From: Acidobacteriota bacterium
Lineage (GTDB): Bacteria; Acidobacteriota; Terriglobia; Terriglobales; SCQP01
Assembly (NCBI GenBank): GCA_004299485.1
Contig: SCQP01000002.1
Coordinates: forward strand, 232,966-296,965
Reading direction: 5' to 3'
Length of the DNA stretch: 64,000 nt
The notes below the pieces were generated by a model. It was not told the origin of the DNA. It saw nothing but the letters and a program-made list of their open reading frames with translations, and did not search any database. A program made the translations under genes and the position numbers. Positions 41,472 to 50,860 of the stretch are shown here, one piece after another (position 1 is the stretch's first letter; every line of letters starts with the position of its first letter).

Positions 41472-44420
41472 ATGCGGAATTGGGCTCTCGGCATCGGTGT
41501 CCTCGCACTGTTGGCGGTTGCAGCGCCGGCGCAGTCACCCACCTGGACTTGGGCTGGCCCGAAGCAGCTCAGCCGCACGAGCCCAGCGCAGACCATGCTG
41601 GGCGGTCCTCTGGACGCGGTTGCAGCCTCAACCAGCGCCGCGGGAACGCCGCTCATCTTTGCCGCAGGCGACGGAGGCATCTGGATCTTGCAGAGCGGTG
41701 TCTGGACGCCGACCCCTGAGGGCGCGCCCATCACCGCGCTGGCGGTGGGGGGCGCGCCGGGTGCCGTCTACGCCGGCACGCAAACCGGCATGATCGCCAG
41801 TAGTGATGGCGGCCAAACCTGGACTGCGCTCGTTGCGGCCGGCCTGGGCGGTTTCCCGATTCGTTCCCTCGCCTCCTATGGCAGCCAGTTGTTCGCTCTC
41901 ACTTCCTCCGGACTGTATGATTCGAGCGATGCGGGCGCCACCTGGAGCCTGGCGTTAGCCGGCAATTACGCCAGCATGGCCCAGCAGGGAAGCGCGATCC
42001 TGCTGATCGGCGCAGCGCCGGTGGAACTGCCGCTTCCGCTGGCTTCCGCACCGCTGCCGGTGACAGGCTTGCCGGCAAGCTGGGCGTATGCTGCCGCTGC
42101 GCCTGCACCCAGCGGCGGCTTCGCTCTGGTGCTGACCAATGCCGATAGCAGCAGCTCGCTGTGGACAGTGACCACGGCCGGCGCCGCAACCGAAGTTTCT
42201 TTGCTCCCGCCTTTACCCGGGGAACCGGCGCTGGCGCTGGCAGTCACCTCCGATGGCGTCCTCTGGATCGCAGTTAGCCAGGGCCTTTGGGCGTGGCAGC
42301 CTGCCACTGGTTTATCCGATGAAAATTCCGGCTTGGCCAATGCCGCGCCTCTGGGTCTCGTCCTGGACACGGCAGGTGTAATGGCTACCCTGGATGACGG
42401 CCAATTCGCCAGCGGCACCGCAACGGCATGGAATGAATCGAGCGAGAGTACGTCCAAACTGACGGCGTTGGTGCAGTCCGGCGGCGTCCTGACCGCCATC
42501 GGCGGCGGGGCGCTCTGGCAGTCGTCCAATGCCGGCGTCTCCTGGTCGCCGCTCGCTATAACCTTCAGTGGCGGCGCCACGCCCACGGCGCTGGCCGCCT
42601 CGGCGGGCCTCTGGATCGGAACCAGCAGCGGCAGCCTCGTCGCACCGGGCGGAACCAGCGATCAGGTTTGTGCCGGGCCGGTGACTGCTCTTGCAGTGCA
42701 AGGCACCTACCGCTGGGTTGTCTGCGGCGCCGCGATCTACCGCAGCGCCGATGCCGGTGCGAGCTGGCAGCAAACGGCAACCCTTGCATCGCCTGTCGTT
42801 GCCTTGGCCCTCGAAGCCTCCTGGCCGGGGTTAGTCGTGGCCGCCGGCGGTGCCGGCCTGCAATGGTCGGAAGATTACGGGACCACCTGGTCGAGCGCGG
42901 TCCGGCTGCCCGATGGCGGCGCGCCCGTCACCGCGCTGGCCTTTGATACGAGCCAGACGCTTTGGGTGGCGACCCTGGGCCGGGGCATCTGGACCGCGAG
43001 TTTCGTTCCGCCTCCGGCAGAAGTCGTTTCGATCTCCGCGCCCGCCAGCGCGGCTGCGGGCACAGCGGTGACGGTGCAGGCGACGGTGGAGTCGGGCGGT
43101 GCACCCGACTCCGGCGCAACCGTCAGGTTCGCCGCCAGCGAGAATAACCGCTCCCTTTGGTCTTCGACTGCTGTGACTAGCGCCAATGGCGTGGCACAAG
43201 CCAGCTTCACGCCCACCCAAGCCGGCGCGGTCACTGTCCTGGTATCGGATTCCGCCAACTCACAATACCAGGCGCAAGCGATGCTCTCCGTTTCGCCGGC
43301 GCCCGCAGAAAAGCTTATCCTCCTCAGCGGCGCCGGTCAGTCGGAAGTTGCTGGCGATCTGCTCACAACCCCGATCGTGACTGAGGCCGACGATGCCTAT
43401 GGCAATCCTGTTCCCGGTGTCAATGTCGCGTTTACCGGCGGGCAGTTCAATCCTGCGAGCGGCAATACCGGCTCCAACGGTCAAATCCAAACTCAAGTTA
43501 CGCTCCCTTCGGCGCCGGGCACCATCACGTTGACGGCGACGAGTTCCGGCCTGCCGCCACTGACCTGGACGGAAACGGCTCTCGTGCCGCCCGATTTTTC
43601 GCTTGCGATTTCGGCGCCCGTCAGTCCCGTGCCCCCGGGGCAGCTCGCCACTTTGACGGTCAGCGTCACCAGCCAAGGCGGCTTCAATCAGCCGGTTTCG
43701 CTTCTCTGTGAGCAACCCGCTACCGCGTGCTCGATTTCGCCGGCGACCATCTCGCCTGGGGGCGGCGCCAGCATCACCATCTCCGCTCCCGCCAACCAGG
43801 CTTCGCTGCTGGTCGAGGTGGTGGGCAGTTCGGCTGCGCTGGGCCGGCAGCATACCGTGTCCGCAACGCTCTCCCTCGAAGCCTTTAGTTTCGCTGCGCC
43901 CAACCCCACGCTCAGTGTCACTGCGGGAACAACCAGCGCGTCCATTCCGCTCAGCCTGATTCCGGAGAATGGCCTGAATGGCCCAGTTGCTTTTTCGGTT
44001 CGCCAGGCCGATGGGACCTCTTTGCCCGCGAGTCTTTCACCGCAGTTTCAACCCAGTTCCGTCGCCCTGGCCGCCAGCGGTGACCCCACCCAGGTTCAGT
44101 TTGCGATGGCGGCAGCGAGAGCTGCGGGCAGCCGTCTCCTCCTCCCGCAAGGCCGCCGCCCGCCGCCTTGGTTGCCATTCGCCTGGAGCCTGGTCTTGCT
44201 GATCCTGGCCGCCGTCTGCCTGCGCCGCCGGCGGCGCACGCTCGCCTTCGCGGTTCTGGCTCTAACGCTGGCCGGCTGTGGGGGCGCGCCCGCGGTCGCC
44301 CCACCGCCCAAACCGGTAGCGCCGCCTCCTCAGGTGAGCACTTACGATCTGGAAGTGACAGCCACCGTTGATAAGCTGACCGCCTCGGTACCAATCATAC
44401 TGACTCTGACCACCCCCTAG
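41472..44420 (+). CDS. Large secreted BNR/Asp-box beta-propeller + bacterial Ig-like (Big_1-type) domain protein with C-terminal double hydrophobic segment
   Basis: Signal peptide MRNWALGIGVLALLAVAAPAQ. Asp-boxes SSDGGQTWTAL, SSDAGATWSLA, SSNAGVSWSPL, SADAGASWQQT and SEDYGTTWSSA. Ig-like segments. C-terminus WLPFAWSLVLLILAAVCLRRRRRTLAFAVLALTLAGCGG. Confidence 0.75.
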   Translation: MRNWALGIGVLALLAVAAPAQSPTWTWAGPKQLSRTSPAQTMLGGPLDAVAASTSAAGTPLIFAAGDGGIWILQSGVWTPTPEGAPITALAVGGAPGAVYAGTQTGMIASSDGGQTWTALVAAGLGGFPIRSLASYGSQLFALTSSGLYDSSDAGATWSLALAGNYASMAQQGSAILLIGAAPVELPLPLASAPLPVTGLPASWAYAAAAPAPSGGFALVLTNADSSSSLWTVTTAGAATEVSLLPPLPGEPALALAVTSDGVLWIAVSQGLWAWQPATGLSDENSGLANAAPLGLVLDTAGVMATLDDGQFASGTATAWNESSESTSKLTALVQSGGVLTAIGGGALWQSSNAGVSWSPLAITFSGGATPTALAASAGLWIGTSSGSLVAPGGTSDQVCAGPVTALAVQGTYRWVVCGAAIYRSADAGASWQQTATLASPVVALALEASWPGLVVAAGGAGLQWSEDYGTTWSSAVRLPDGGAPVTALAFDTSQTLWVATLGRGIWTASFVPPPAEVVSISAPASAAAGTAVTVQATVESGGAPDSGATVRFAASENNRSLWSSTAVTSANGVAQASFTPTQAGAVTVLVSDSANSQYQAQAMLSVSPAPAEKLILLSGAGQSEVAGDLLTTPIVTEADDAYGNPVPGVNVAFTGGQFNPASGNTGSNGQIQTQVTLPSAPGTITLTATSSGLPPLTWTETALVPPDFSLAISAPVSPVPPGQLATLTVSVTSQGGFNQPVSLLCEQPATACSISPATISPGGGASITISAPANQASLLVEVVGSSAALGRQHTVSATLSLEAFSFAAPNPTLSVTAGTTSASIPLSLIPENGLNGPVAFSVRQADGTSLPASLSPQFQPSSVALAASGDPTQVQFAMAAARAAGSRLLLPQGRRPPPWLPFAWSLVLLILAAVCLRRRRRTLAFAVLALTLAGCGGAPAVAPPPKPVAPPPQVSTYDLEVTATVDKLTASVPIILTLTTP

Positions 44421-44717
44421 GAGTATGCGCGGAAGAATGAGTGGATAACGACAGAAGCGAGAACGTGCGACCGTCGCGAGCCGCGCCTCCCACGCCATAA
44501 CGGCCATCTTCTTCCGCATCCTCCCGCTGTGCCTGCCGCATCAGCGCAGCGATTTCGCCACGCGGTCGCCGCACCTGGTTCATCACCGCGTGCTTGCTCG
44601 CGTTCGCCGGGATAGCAGGCGAGATGCCTATCGGAGGCCTCCCGCGAATCCTGGGCTGGTCCACGAGCGCGGCAACGCGCCGCCGAGGGCACGGCATCCA
44701 TAAACGCGGGGGTATTT

Positions 44718-44927
44718 ATGACCGTGAATCCCGACCGCTTCATTACGGCGACTAGCGCCAAAATCACCTACTGCCTCGATCAAGTCTGCTACTACGAGAT
44801 CGAGAACGACCACAAGATCGAGCTGCACTTTTCCGACGGCAATTCGAAGGACATTGAGGGATCGGACGTTCGCGATTTCCTGTCCGCCATCGGCCGGGAG
44901 CCCATGGCACCAGGTCGCGCGGCGTAG
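44718..44927 (+). CDS. Hypothetical 69-aa protein
   Basis: Lower-GC ORF with a G-rich stretch (GGGGG) upstream of the ATG. Protein-like composition (ITYCLDQVCYYEIENDHKIELHFSDGNSKDIEGSDVRDFL). No family recognised. Confidence 0.4.
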   Translation: MTVNPDRFITATSAKITYCLDQVCYYEIENDHKIELHFSDGNSKDIEGSDVRDFLSAIGREPMAPGRAA

Positions 44928-44951
44928 CTCCGGTGGTCGGGGCGGCCCAAG

Positions 44952-44972
44952 TTGATCGCTGATTGCTGATCG
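44952..44972. repeat. Three tandem heptamers TTGATCG CTGATTG CTGATCG abutting the metB-like stop codon
   Basis: Read directly. The array ends 1 nt from the TTA (TAA on the minus strand) at 44974-44976. Confidence 0.85.
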
Positions 44973-44973
44973 C

Positions 44974-46116
44974 TTATGCGAGCGCCTGCGCGAGGTCGGC
45001 TTCGATGTCTTCGGCTTCTTCGATGCCGACCGATAGCCGCACCATGCCGTCGGTGATGCCAATGGCCGCGCGTCCTTCGGCACCGATGGCGGCGTGGGTC
45101 ATCGTTGCCGGGTGCGAAATCAGCGTTTCCACTCCGCCCAGACTCTCCGCTAGCGAGCACAGCCGCACCTTGCGCAGGATCTTCTGGGCGTTGTCAAACG
45201 AGCCGGTTTCGAGGGTGATCATCGATCCGAAGCCTGACATTTGCTTGCTGGCCAGCGCATGTTGCGGATGGCTTTCCAGTCCCGGATAGTAAACCGCCTT
45301 CACCTGCGGCTGCCGCGTCAGCCATGCCGCCAACCGCCGTCCATTGGCATCGTGCTGCCGCATGCGCACCGCCAGCGTCTTGACGCCCCGCAGTAGCAGG
45401 AAGCATTCGAACGGGCTCAGAATCGCGCCGCTGGCTTTCTGCAGAAAGCGGAAGTCCTCGGCCTGCTTCTCGTTTGACGCCATCACCACTCCGCCCAGCC
45501 CGTCGCTGTGGCCGTTCAGAAACTTTGTCGTCGAATGTACTTCCAGGTCCGCGCCTAGCGCCAGCGGCTGTTGAAAATACGGACTCATAAACGTGTTGTC
45601 GACCGCGAGTTCCGCGCCGTGCTTGTGCGCGATGGTGGCGCAGGCACGCAAATCGCACAGCTCCATCAGCGGATTCGTCGGCGTCTCGACAAACACCAGC
45701 CGTGTTTTCGCCTCAAATGCTTTTTCGATGCGTTCCGGCTCGCGCGTGTCCACGTAGCTGAAGCGCAGGCCAAACCGCGCCAGCACCTGATTGAACAGCC
45801 GGGGTGTACCGCCGTAGACGTTGCTGCCGCAGATCACATGGTCTCCGGCCGAAAGCCGCATCAGCACCGCGTGAATCGCCGCCATGCCGCTGGCAAATAC
45901 ATGCGCGCTGTGGCTGCCGGCGACCGCGGCCAGGTTCGTCTCCAGCGCGGTGCGCGTGGGATTGCTGACGCGCGAATACTCATAACCTTTGTTTTCGCCA
46001 ATTGCCGCCTGCACGTAGGTTGAGCTGGCAAAGATGGGCACGTTGACCGCGCCAGTCGAAGGATCAGGCGTTTGTCCTATATGAATGGCGCGTGAGGAAA
46101 ATCCAAGTGGGGTCAC
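44974..46116 (-). CDS. metB: Cys/Met-metabolism PLP enzyme (cystathionine gamma-synthase / beta-lyase family)
   Basis: SRAIHIGQTPDPSTGAVNVPIFASSTY. PLP-lysine motif HSTTKFLNGHSDGLGG. I chose GTG 46116 to give a family-typical N-terminus; the upstream extension to 46206 is unsupported. Confidence 0.85.
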   Translation of the reverse strand: MTPLGFSSRAIHIGQTPDPSTGAVNVPIFASSTYVQAAIGENKGYEYSRVSNPTRTALETNLAAVAGSHSAHVFASGMAAIHAVLMRLSAGDHVICGSNVYGGTPRLFNQVLARFGLRFSYVDTREPERIEKAFEAKTRLVFVETPTNPLMELCDLRACATIAHKHGAELAVDNTFMSPYFQQPLALGADLEVHSTTKFLNGHSDGLGGVVMASNEKQAEDFRFLQKASGAILSPFECFLLLRGVKTLAVRMRQHDANGRRLAAWLTRQPQVKAVYYPGLESHPQHALASKQMSGFGSMITLETGSFDNAQKILRKVRLCSLAESLGGVETLISHPATMTHAAIGAEGRAAIGITDGMVRLSVGIEEAEDIEADLAQALA

Positions 46117-46119
46117 GCC

Positions 46120-46129
46120 TATAATTGTA
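46120..46129. promoter_or_regulatory. Overlapping divergent -10-like boxes (TATAAT plus strand / TACAAT minus strand) in the 17-nt gap between metB-like and the TPR gene
   Basis: The near-palindrome is CTATAATTGTAG. TACAAT lies 7 nt before GTG 46116 (minus) and TATAAT lies 8 nt before TTG 46134 (plus). Confidence 0.35.
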
Positions 46130-46133
46130 GCTG

Positions 46134-47441
46134 TTGAAGCGCCTTTTACCCATATTCCTGGGATTGGCACTGGTGACCGCCGCGGCCCAGTCGCCAAAAC
46201 CCGCAAGCGACAGTGGCGCTGGCGCCCGCTGTCTGGTCATCCCCTTCCGCAACCGCTCCGGCGACACCAATCTCGGCTGGATGGGCGAAAGCTTTGTCGT
46301 CGCCTTCCGCCGCGCCCTGCGCGGCGCCGGCCTTATGGTGCTGACCCGCGCCGACCGCCTCCGCGCCCGGGCGATTCTGGGTGCTCCCGAAGGCGTCGAT
46401 CTCAGCCATGCCTCGCTCATGCGCCTGGCGCAGGACGCCGACGCACGCTGGCTAGTGTTGGGTTCGTTCGACTATGACGGCGAGCAGCTTTCCGCCACGG
46501 CCGCGCTTGTCGATCTGCAACGCGAGCACCTCGTGGACCTCGCGCCGGTAAAGGGGCCGCTGCGCTCCCTTCAGGCCTTGGAGGCAACCTTGGGTTGGTC
46601 CCTGCGCCAGCAAGTCGATCCGGTTGCGGTAACATTACCGAAGCCCGCGCCCGATCCGGCGATGCCCATCAGCGCCTACGAGGATTTCGTGCGCTCGGGC
46701 TTGGCCACCAAGCCCAGCGACCAGGTGCAACTGCTGCGCGTGGCCGAACAGTTGGCTCCCAACGACGACCGCATTCTGCTTGCCTTGGGCCAGGCCTATT
46801 TTCGCGCCGTAATGGATGCGCCCGCGGCTTCCGAGCTGGAAAAGATCCCGGCTTCTTCGCCCGATTATCCCCAAGCCGCTTTCACCGCCGGCCTCGCTGA
46901 ATATGGCCTGGGCCATTACGCTAAGGCCATGCAGCAGTGGCAGGAAGTCGAAAAAACCCTCCCTCTGCCCGCCGTTGTGCACAACCTCGCCATCACCAAA
47001 GCTGCCGCCCAGGGCAACCCCCATCCCGGCGCACTGGAAACCGAATTTCCCGCCGAGGAGTTCCTACAGCTTCAGCATGTGGTCACCCGTTTCGATGCCA
47101 ACAAGCTTGCCGGCATGTCCGCATCGGAACAGGTCCGCTACGAGCTGCAAACCGGCGAGCGTCTCCTCGATCAGGGTGGCTGGGCCGCCGCCGCCGATGC
47201 GTTTCAGAAAGTGATTGCCCTGGCAGCCGCCGGCGCGGCACCGCAGCCCCAGGCTCTCGGTACGGCCCATGCGGGCCTGGCCGCAATTTGGTATGCTCGC
47301 CACGATAGCGTACGAGCGGCCAAGGAGGCGGCGGCAGCTCTGGCCGCCGATCCGAAAAATGCGCAAGCGCAGCAACTCGAGCAGAAGCTTAAGGTCAGCG
47401 GTCAGGGGCCAGGGGCCAGGGGCCAGAAGCCGAACCGATAA
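46134..47441 (+). CDS. Secreted TPR-repeat protein with N-terminal TolB-N/CsgG-like module
   Basis: TTG start gives the signal peptide MKRLLPIFLGLALVTAAAQS. TPR-like helices fill the C-half. The last roughly 12 codons are encoded by a CAGGGGC heptamer array. Confidence 0.7.
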   Translation: MKRLLPIFLGLALVTAAAQSPKPASDSGAGARCLVIPFRNRSGDTNLGWMGESFVVAFRRALRGAGLMVLTRADRLRARAILGAPEGVDLSHASLMRLAQDADARWLVLGSFDYDGEQLSATAALVDLQREHLVDLAPVKGPLRSLQALEATLGWSLRQQVDPVAVTLPKPAPDPAMPISAYEDFVRSGLATKPSDQVQLLRVAEQLAPNDDRILLALGQAYFRAVMDAPAASELEKIPASSPDYPQAAFTAGLAEYGLGHYAKAMQQWQEVEKTLPLPAVVHNLAITKAAAQGNPHPGALETEFPAEEFLQLQHVVTRFDANKLAGMSASEQVRYELQTGERLLDQGGWAAAADAFQKVIALAAAGAAPQPQALGTAHAGLAAIWYARHDSVRAAKEAAAALAADPKNAQAQQLEQKLKVSGQGPGARGQKPNR

Positions 47442-48771
47442 CTACCTCTGGCTGCTCGGCGTCGTCGCGGGAATTCTCCTGGTCACGGTCGGTGCGCTCG
47501 GGGCGCTTGCTCCCTCCGCTCGGCTGGCATCCGAGCCTTCCCGGGCCCCTGACCCCTCGTCCCTGGACCCTGTAGTCATCATCGACCTGCATGACACCGT
47601 CAATACCATCAGCGCCGAGTACGTCGTCCGCGGCATTCACTCCGCCGCCCAGCGGCATGCCGCCGCGGTGGTTCTGGAGCTGGGCACGCCCGGCGGCCTC
47701 GGCACCGCAATGCGCAACATCATTCAGGCGATTCTGTCTTCGCCCGTGCCCGTCATTGGCTACGTAGCGCCCAGCGGCGCGCGCTCGGCTTCGGCCGGCT
47801 TTTATATCCTGCTGAGCTGTGATGTCGCTGCTATGGCGCCGGGCACCAACACCGGCGCGGCGCATCCGGTCGTGCTGGGCGCGACCGTCGGCAAAATCGA
47901 AGCCGAAAAAATGCAAAATGATGCCGCCGCCTACATCCGCAGCCTGGCCTCGCGCCGGCATCGCAACGTCGAGCTGGCCCAGAAGGGGGTGCTGCAAAGT
48001 CTCTCCTTCACCGATCAGGAGGCGCTGAAAGACAATCTAATCAATCTCATGGCGCCCGACCTGCCCCATCTGCTGGCGCAACTCAATCGCACCACCATCA
48101 CCCGCATCAATGGCCAGCAGCAAACCCTACAGCTCACCGGCCCGCAGGAGGCTTTCTCCATGAGTCTCCGTGAGCGCGTGCTCGATACCAGCGCCAGCCT
48201 GGCGTTTATCCTGCTGGCCATCGGCGCGCTGCTGATTTACATCGAGTTCACCCACCCCGGCGCCTTCGCCCCAGGCGTTATCGGCCTCATTTTGATCGTC
48301 TTCTCGCTCTTCGCGCTATCGTTGCTGCCTATCAACTGGTCCGGCGCTGGCTTGATCATCGTCGCTTTCGTCCTCTTTGTGCTCGAGGCCAGGTTCCCCA
48401 CCCACGGCATTCTCGCCGTCGGCGGCGTCATCGCCCTCGCCCTCGGCGGCGTCCTGCTGGTGAATTCTCCGATTCCGGCCATGCGTGTCGATCTCAGCGC
48501 CGCCCTCGGCGTCGCCATCGGCTTTGGAGTGGTTTCGCTCTTTCTGGTGCATTTAGTCGTCCAGGCGCAGCGTCGCCGTGTCGTCACCGGCGCGCAAGGC
48601 CTGCGGGGCGAACTCGGCCTCGCCTTGACCGCCCTGGCCCTCCAGGGAACCGTCCTGGTGCATGGCGAGCGCTGGACAGCCAGTGCCCGCACGCCCGTCG
48701 CCCCGGGCCAGCCCATCCGCGTTTTGGCGGTACACGGCTTGAAACTAGAGGTAGAAGCTGTAGCGGAGTAG
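47359..48771 (+). CDS. nfeD: NfeD-family membrane-bound ClpP-class serine protease
   Basis: VVLELGTPGGL, GARSASAGFYILLSCD, a multi-TM middle and a C-terminal OB-like NfeD domain. The start is uncertain. No ATG/GTG/TTG lies near the first TM, so I chose ATG 47359, which overlaps the TPR gene by 83 nt. Confidence 0.75.
   Translation: MRKRSNSSRSLRSAVRGQGPGARSRTDNYLWLLGVVAGILLVTVGALGALAPSARLASEPSRAPDPSSLDPVVIIDLHDTVNTISAEYVVRGIHSAAQRHAAAVVLELGTPGGLGTAMRNIIQAILSSPVPVIGYVAPSGARSASAGFYILLSCDVAAMAPGTNTGAAHPVVLGATVGKIEAEKMQNDAAAYIRSLASRRHRNVELAQKGVLQSLSFTDQEALKDNLINLMAPDLPHLLAQLNRTTITRINGQQQTLQLTGPQEAFSMSLRERVLDTSASLAFILLAIGALLIYIEFTHPGAFAPGVIGLILIVFSLFALSLLPINWSGAGLIIVAFVLFVLEARFPTHGILAVGGVIALALGGVLLVNSPIPAMRVDLSAALGVAIGFGVVSLFLVHLVVQAQRRRVVTGAQGLRGELGLALTALALQGTVLVHGERWTASARTPVAPGQPIRVLAVHGLKLEVEAVAE
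47403..47430 (+). repeat. Heptamer array CAGGGGC x3 plus degenerate CAGAAGC spanning the TPR-gene 3' end and the nfeD 5' region
   Basis: Read directly: gtCAGGGGCCAGGGGCCAGGGGCCAGAAGC. Confidence 0.9.
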
Positions 48772-48789
48772 AATCATCGAGAGGTCCTG

Positions 48790-49578
48790 ATGGCTGGAAT
48801 CATCGTTGTCATTATCATCGTTGTGCTCTTCCTGCTCTCCGCCATCAAGGTGCTGGCGGAGTATGAGCGCGGCGTCGTGTTCCGCTTGGGCCGGGTTCTG
48901 GGCGCGCCCAAAGGGCCCGGTGTGGTCCTGATTTTTCCCATCATCGATCGCCTCGTTCGCATCTCGCTGCAGATCGACACCCTCGATGTCCCGCCACAGG
49001 ACGTAATCACCCATGACAACGTCACCTGTACGGTCACCGCGGTCGTCTATTACAAGGTGATCGATCCGGAAAAGGCCGTCATCGAAGTCCGCAATTTCCG
49101 CTTCGCCAGTTCGCAGTTCGCGCAGACCACACTGCGCGCGGTTCTCGGCGAAGTGGAGTTCGACGACTTGCTCTCCAGCCGTGAAAAGCTGAATGCCCGC
49201 CTGCAAAGCATCCTCGACGAGCGCACCGAACCCTGGGGCGTGAAGGTTACCGACGTGGTCATCAAGGCCGTCGACCTGCCCGAGTCCATGCAGCGCGCCA
49301 TCGCCCGCCAGGCGGAAGCCGAGCGCGAAAAGCGCGCCAAGATTATCCACGCCGATGGCGAGTACGAAGCTGCCTCGCGGCTGTCGGAAGCTGCCGCCAT
49401 CATTGCCAGCGAGCCCATCGCCCTGCAGTTGCGCTATCTCCAGACTTTGCTCGAGATCGGTTCGGATAAAAATACGACCGTCGTGTTCCCCCTGCCCCTC
49501 GATTTGATCGATGTCTTCATGCAGGCGCGTCCGGGAACTAAGACCGTGCCAGGCGGGTCAGGGTCCTCCAATCCATGA
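48790..49578 (+). CDS. SPFH/Band 7 (stomatin-like) protein
   Basis: N-terminal anchor, [12 protein letters not shown], and the [16 protein letters not shown] coiled region. This is the canonical partner of nfeD. Confidence 0.9.
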   Translation: MAGIIVVIIIVVLFLLSAIKVLAEYERGVVFRLGRVLGAPKGPGVVLIFPIIDRLVRISLQIDTLDVPPQDVITHDNVTCTVTAVVYYKVIDPEKAVIEVRNFRFASSQFAQTTLRAVLGEVEFDDLLSSREKLNARLQSILDERTEPWGVKVTDVVIKAVDLPESMQRAIARQAEAEREKRAKIIHADGEYEAASRLSEAAAIIASEPIALQLRYLQTLLEIGSDKNTTVVFPLPLDLIDVFMQARPGTKTVPGGSGSSNP

Positions 49579-50357
49579 AACCCGCCGCACAGCGCTACGA
49601 ACGCGAGCCCCACAAGCCGAAGCCGCAATATCAGTTTGAAATGGGCACCAAATCTTTACTGGCTGCGTTCTTCGCCTTGGCAATCGTCTGCGGCCTGTTC
49701 TTTGCCTTCGGCTACACCATCGGCGAGCACACCATTCCCGCAACGTTTACCCTGGGCGCCGCGAAGCCGCCCTCCGCTCGCGCTATGGCGAGTCCCATCG
49801 CTCCCGGTGTGCAACCACCCAACCCGCAACAACTGGGTGCGGCCGAAACCAATCAGACACCCGCCACCCTGACCAACGCTTCCTCCAGCACGGGCACGAT
49901 GGCCACCCCCACCGGCGTCGATGCCCCGGCTTCCGTCAGCCCCTCGAACTCCTCGGCATCGCAACCCACCCCAACGCCCACCGCTACGGCCACGGCCGCC
50001 AACTCAGCCCCCAATCTCGCCGCGACCCGTAACATTGCTCCTCCCGCCGCCGGCGGATTAACGAAGCTCCCCGCTCCCAAGACCATCTCTTCCACAACTC
50101 CCACGCCTGCAAATGCCAGCGGCTCTCAAGTTTTTGCGGTTCAGGTCTTTGCCGGCACGTCGAGCGACGCCGGCAGCCTGGCCTCGGCGCTGCAAACCCG
50201 CGGCTATCCGGCTTCGGTTATCTCACCCGCTTCCGGCAGCGGCAACAGTCTTTATCGCGTCGAAGTCGGCCCCTATCTCACCCGTGCCGAAGCCGAAGCC
50301 ATGCGCGCCCGCCTCCGTGCCGACGGCTACCAAGCCGTCCTCCGCATCGGACAGTGA
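49575..50357 (+). CDS. SPOR domain-containing membrane protein
   Basis: TM, Pro/Thr/Ala-rich linker, C-terminal SPOR string [27 protein letters not shown]...[25 protein letters not shown] overlap with the upstream gene. Confidence 0.85.
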   Translation: MKPAAQRYEREPHKPKPQYQFEMGTKSLLAAFFALAIVCGLFFAFGYTIGEHTIPATFTLGAAKPPSARAMASPIAPGVQPPNPQQLGAAETNQTPATLTNASSSTGTMATPTGVDAPASVSPSNSSASQPTPTPTATATAANSAPNLAATRNIAPPAAGGLTKLPAPKTISSTTPTPANASGSQVFAVQVFAGTSSDAGSLASALQTRGYPASVISPASGSGNSLYRVEVGPYLTRAEAEAMRARLRADGYQAVLRIGQ

Positions 50358-50370
50358 AGCAGTAATCGGT

Positions 50371-50485
50371 TCTCAGTCATCAGTTTTCAGTTCGCAACCC
50401 GTAGGCCACCGGCTCAGCGCGGTGCACGGGGTTCGCCGCCGTGATGGATGACTGATTACTGATGACTAACGACTGAAAACTTTTT
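50371..50485 (+). terminator. Inverted ACTGAnn heptamer arrays flanking a GC-rich spacer, followed by a T-run; candidate terminator of the nfeD-SPFH-SPOR operon
   Basis: Left array TCTCAGT CATCAGT TTTCAGT (50371-91). Right array ACTGATT ACTGATG ACTAACG ACTGAAA (50451-78). Two alternative perfect 10-bp pairings exist: 50375-84 with 50458-67, or 50382-91 with 50472-81. The second is followed by TTTT (50482-85). Confidence 0.45.
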
Positions 50486-50789
50486 ACCGCAGCAACCTCA
50501 AAAGCGCTCCTGTCAACCCTCCCCACGCCGCCAGCTCGAGCGGCCGCGTGCCGCCCAGATTCGCTTCCAACCTGGCGATCCACGGAAGTTGAGCAAACGT
50601 AGCCCCGGATCGCGCCCCCCAGTGTTCTGGCGGTGTGAGCTGCGCATAGACAAACGCTACCCCGCCAGCCAGCAGACAGCGGCCGATACTCTCCATCCGC
50701 TTCCTTTTGGCGCCCGCCGCCGCCTCGATCAGGGCCGCGGCAACTACCCCCGTCGCCGCAATCAGCAAGTTCCTCTGCCAGCGCTCCAT
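50484..50789 (-). CDS. Hypothetical small membrane protein
   Basis: 101-aa ORF divergent from queD. Hydrophobic segments LLIAATGVVAAALIEAAAG and CLLAGGVAFVYA. No family recognised. Confidence 0.35.
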   Translation of the reverse strand: MERWQRNLLIAATGVVAAALIEAAAGAKRKRMESIGRCLLAGGVAFVYAQLTPPEHWGARSGATFAQLPWIARLEANLGGTRPLELAAWGGLTGALLRLLR

Positions 50790-50832
50790 CCTTGGCTGGA
50801 TGCGGCAACCGCGCGCGGCGTGGCCCGCCCAC

Positions 50833-50860
50833 CTGTAAACTGTAAACTGTTAACTGTAAA
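50833..50860 (+). repeat. Four tandem heptamers CTGTAAA CTGTAAA CTGTTAA CTGTAAA ending 5 nt before the queD ATG
   Basis: Read directly. Followed by CCTCC and then ATG 50866. No SD. Confidence 0.9.

Noticed and set aside
44395-44767. Minus-strand ORFs of 100 and 116 aa downstream of the 982-aa gene
   Set aside because: They are Arg-rich, overlap each other in different frames, and have no motifs or plausible start context. I left the region unannotated.
50371-50478. Heptamer/octamer arrays (here and at 40193-40249, 60106-60176, 62289-62320) as CRISPR arrays
   Set aside because: The units are only 7-8 nt with no spacers. Arrays have 3-4 units, and there are no cas genes in the window.
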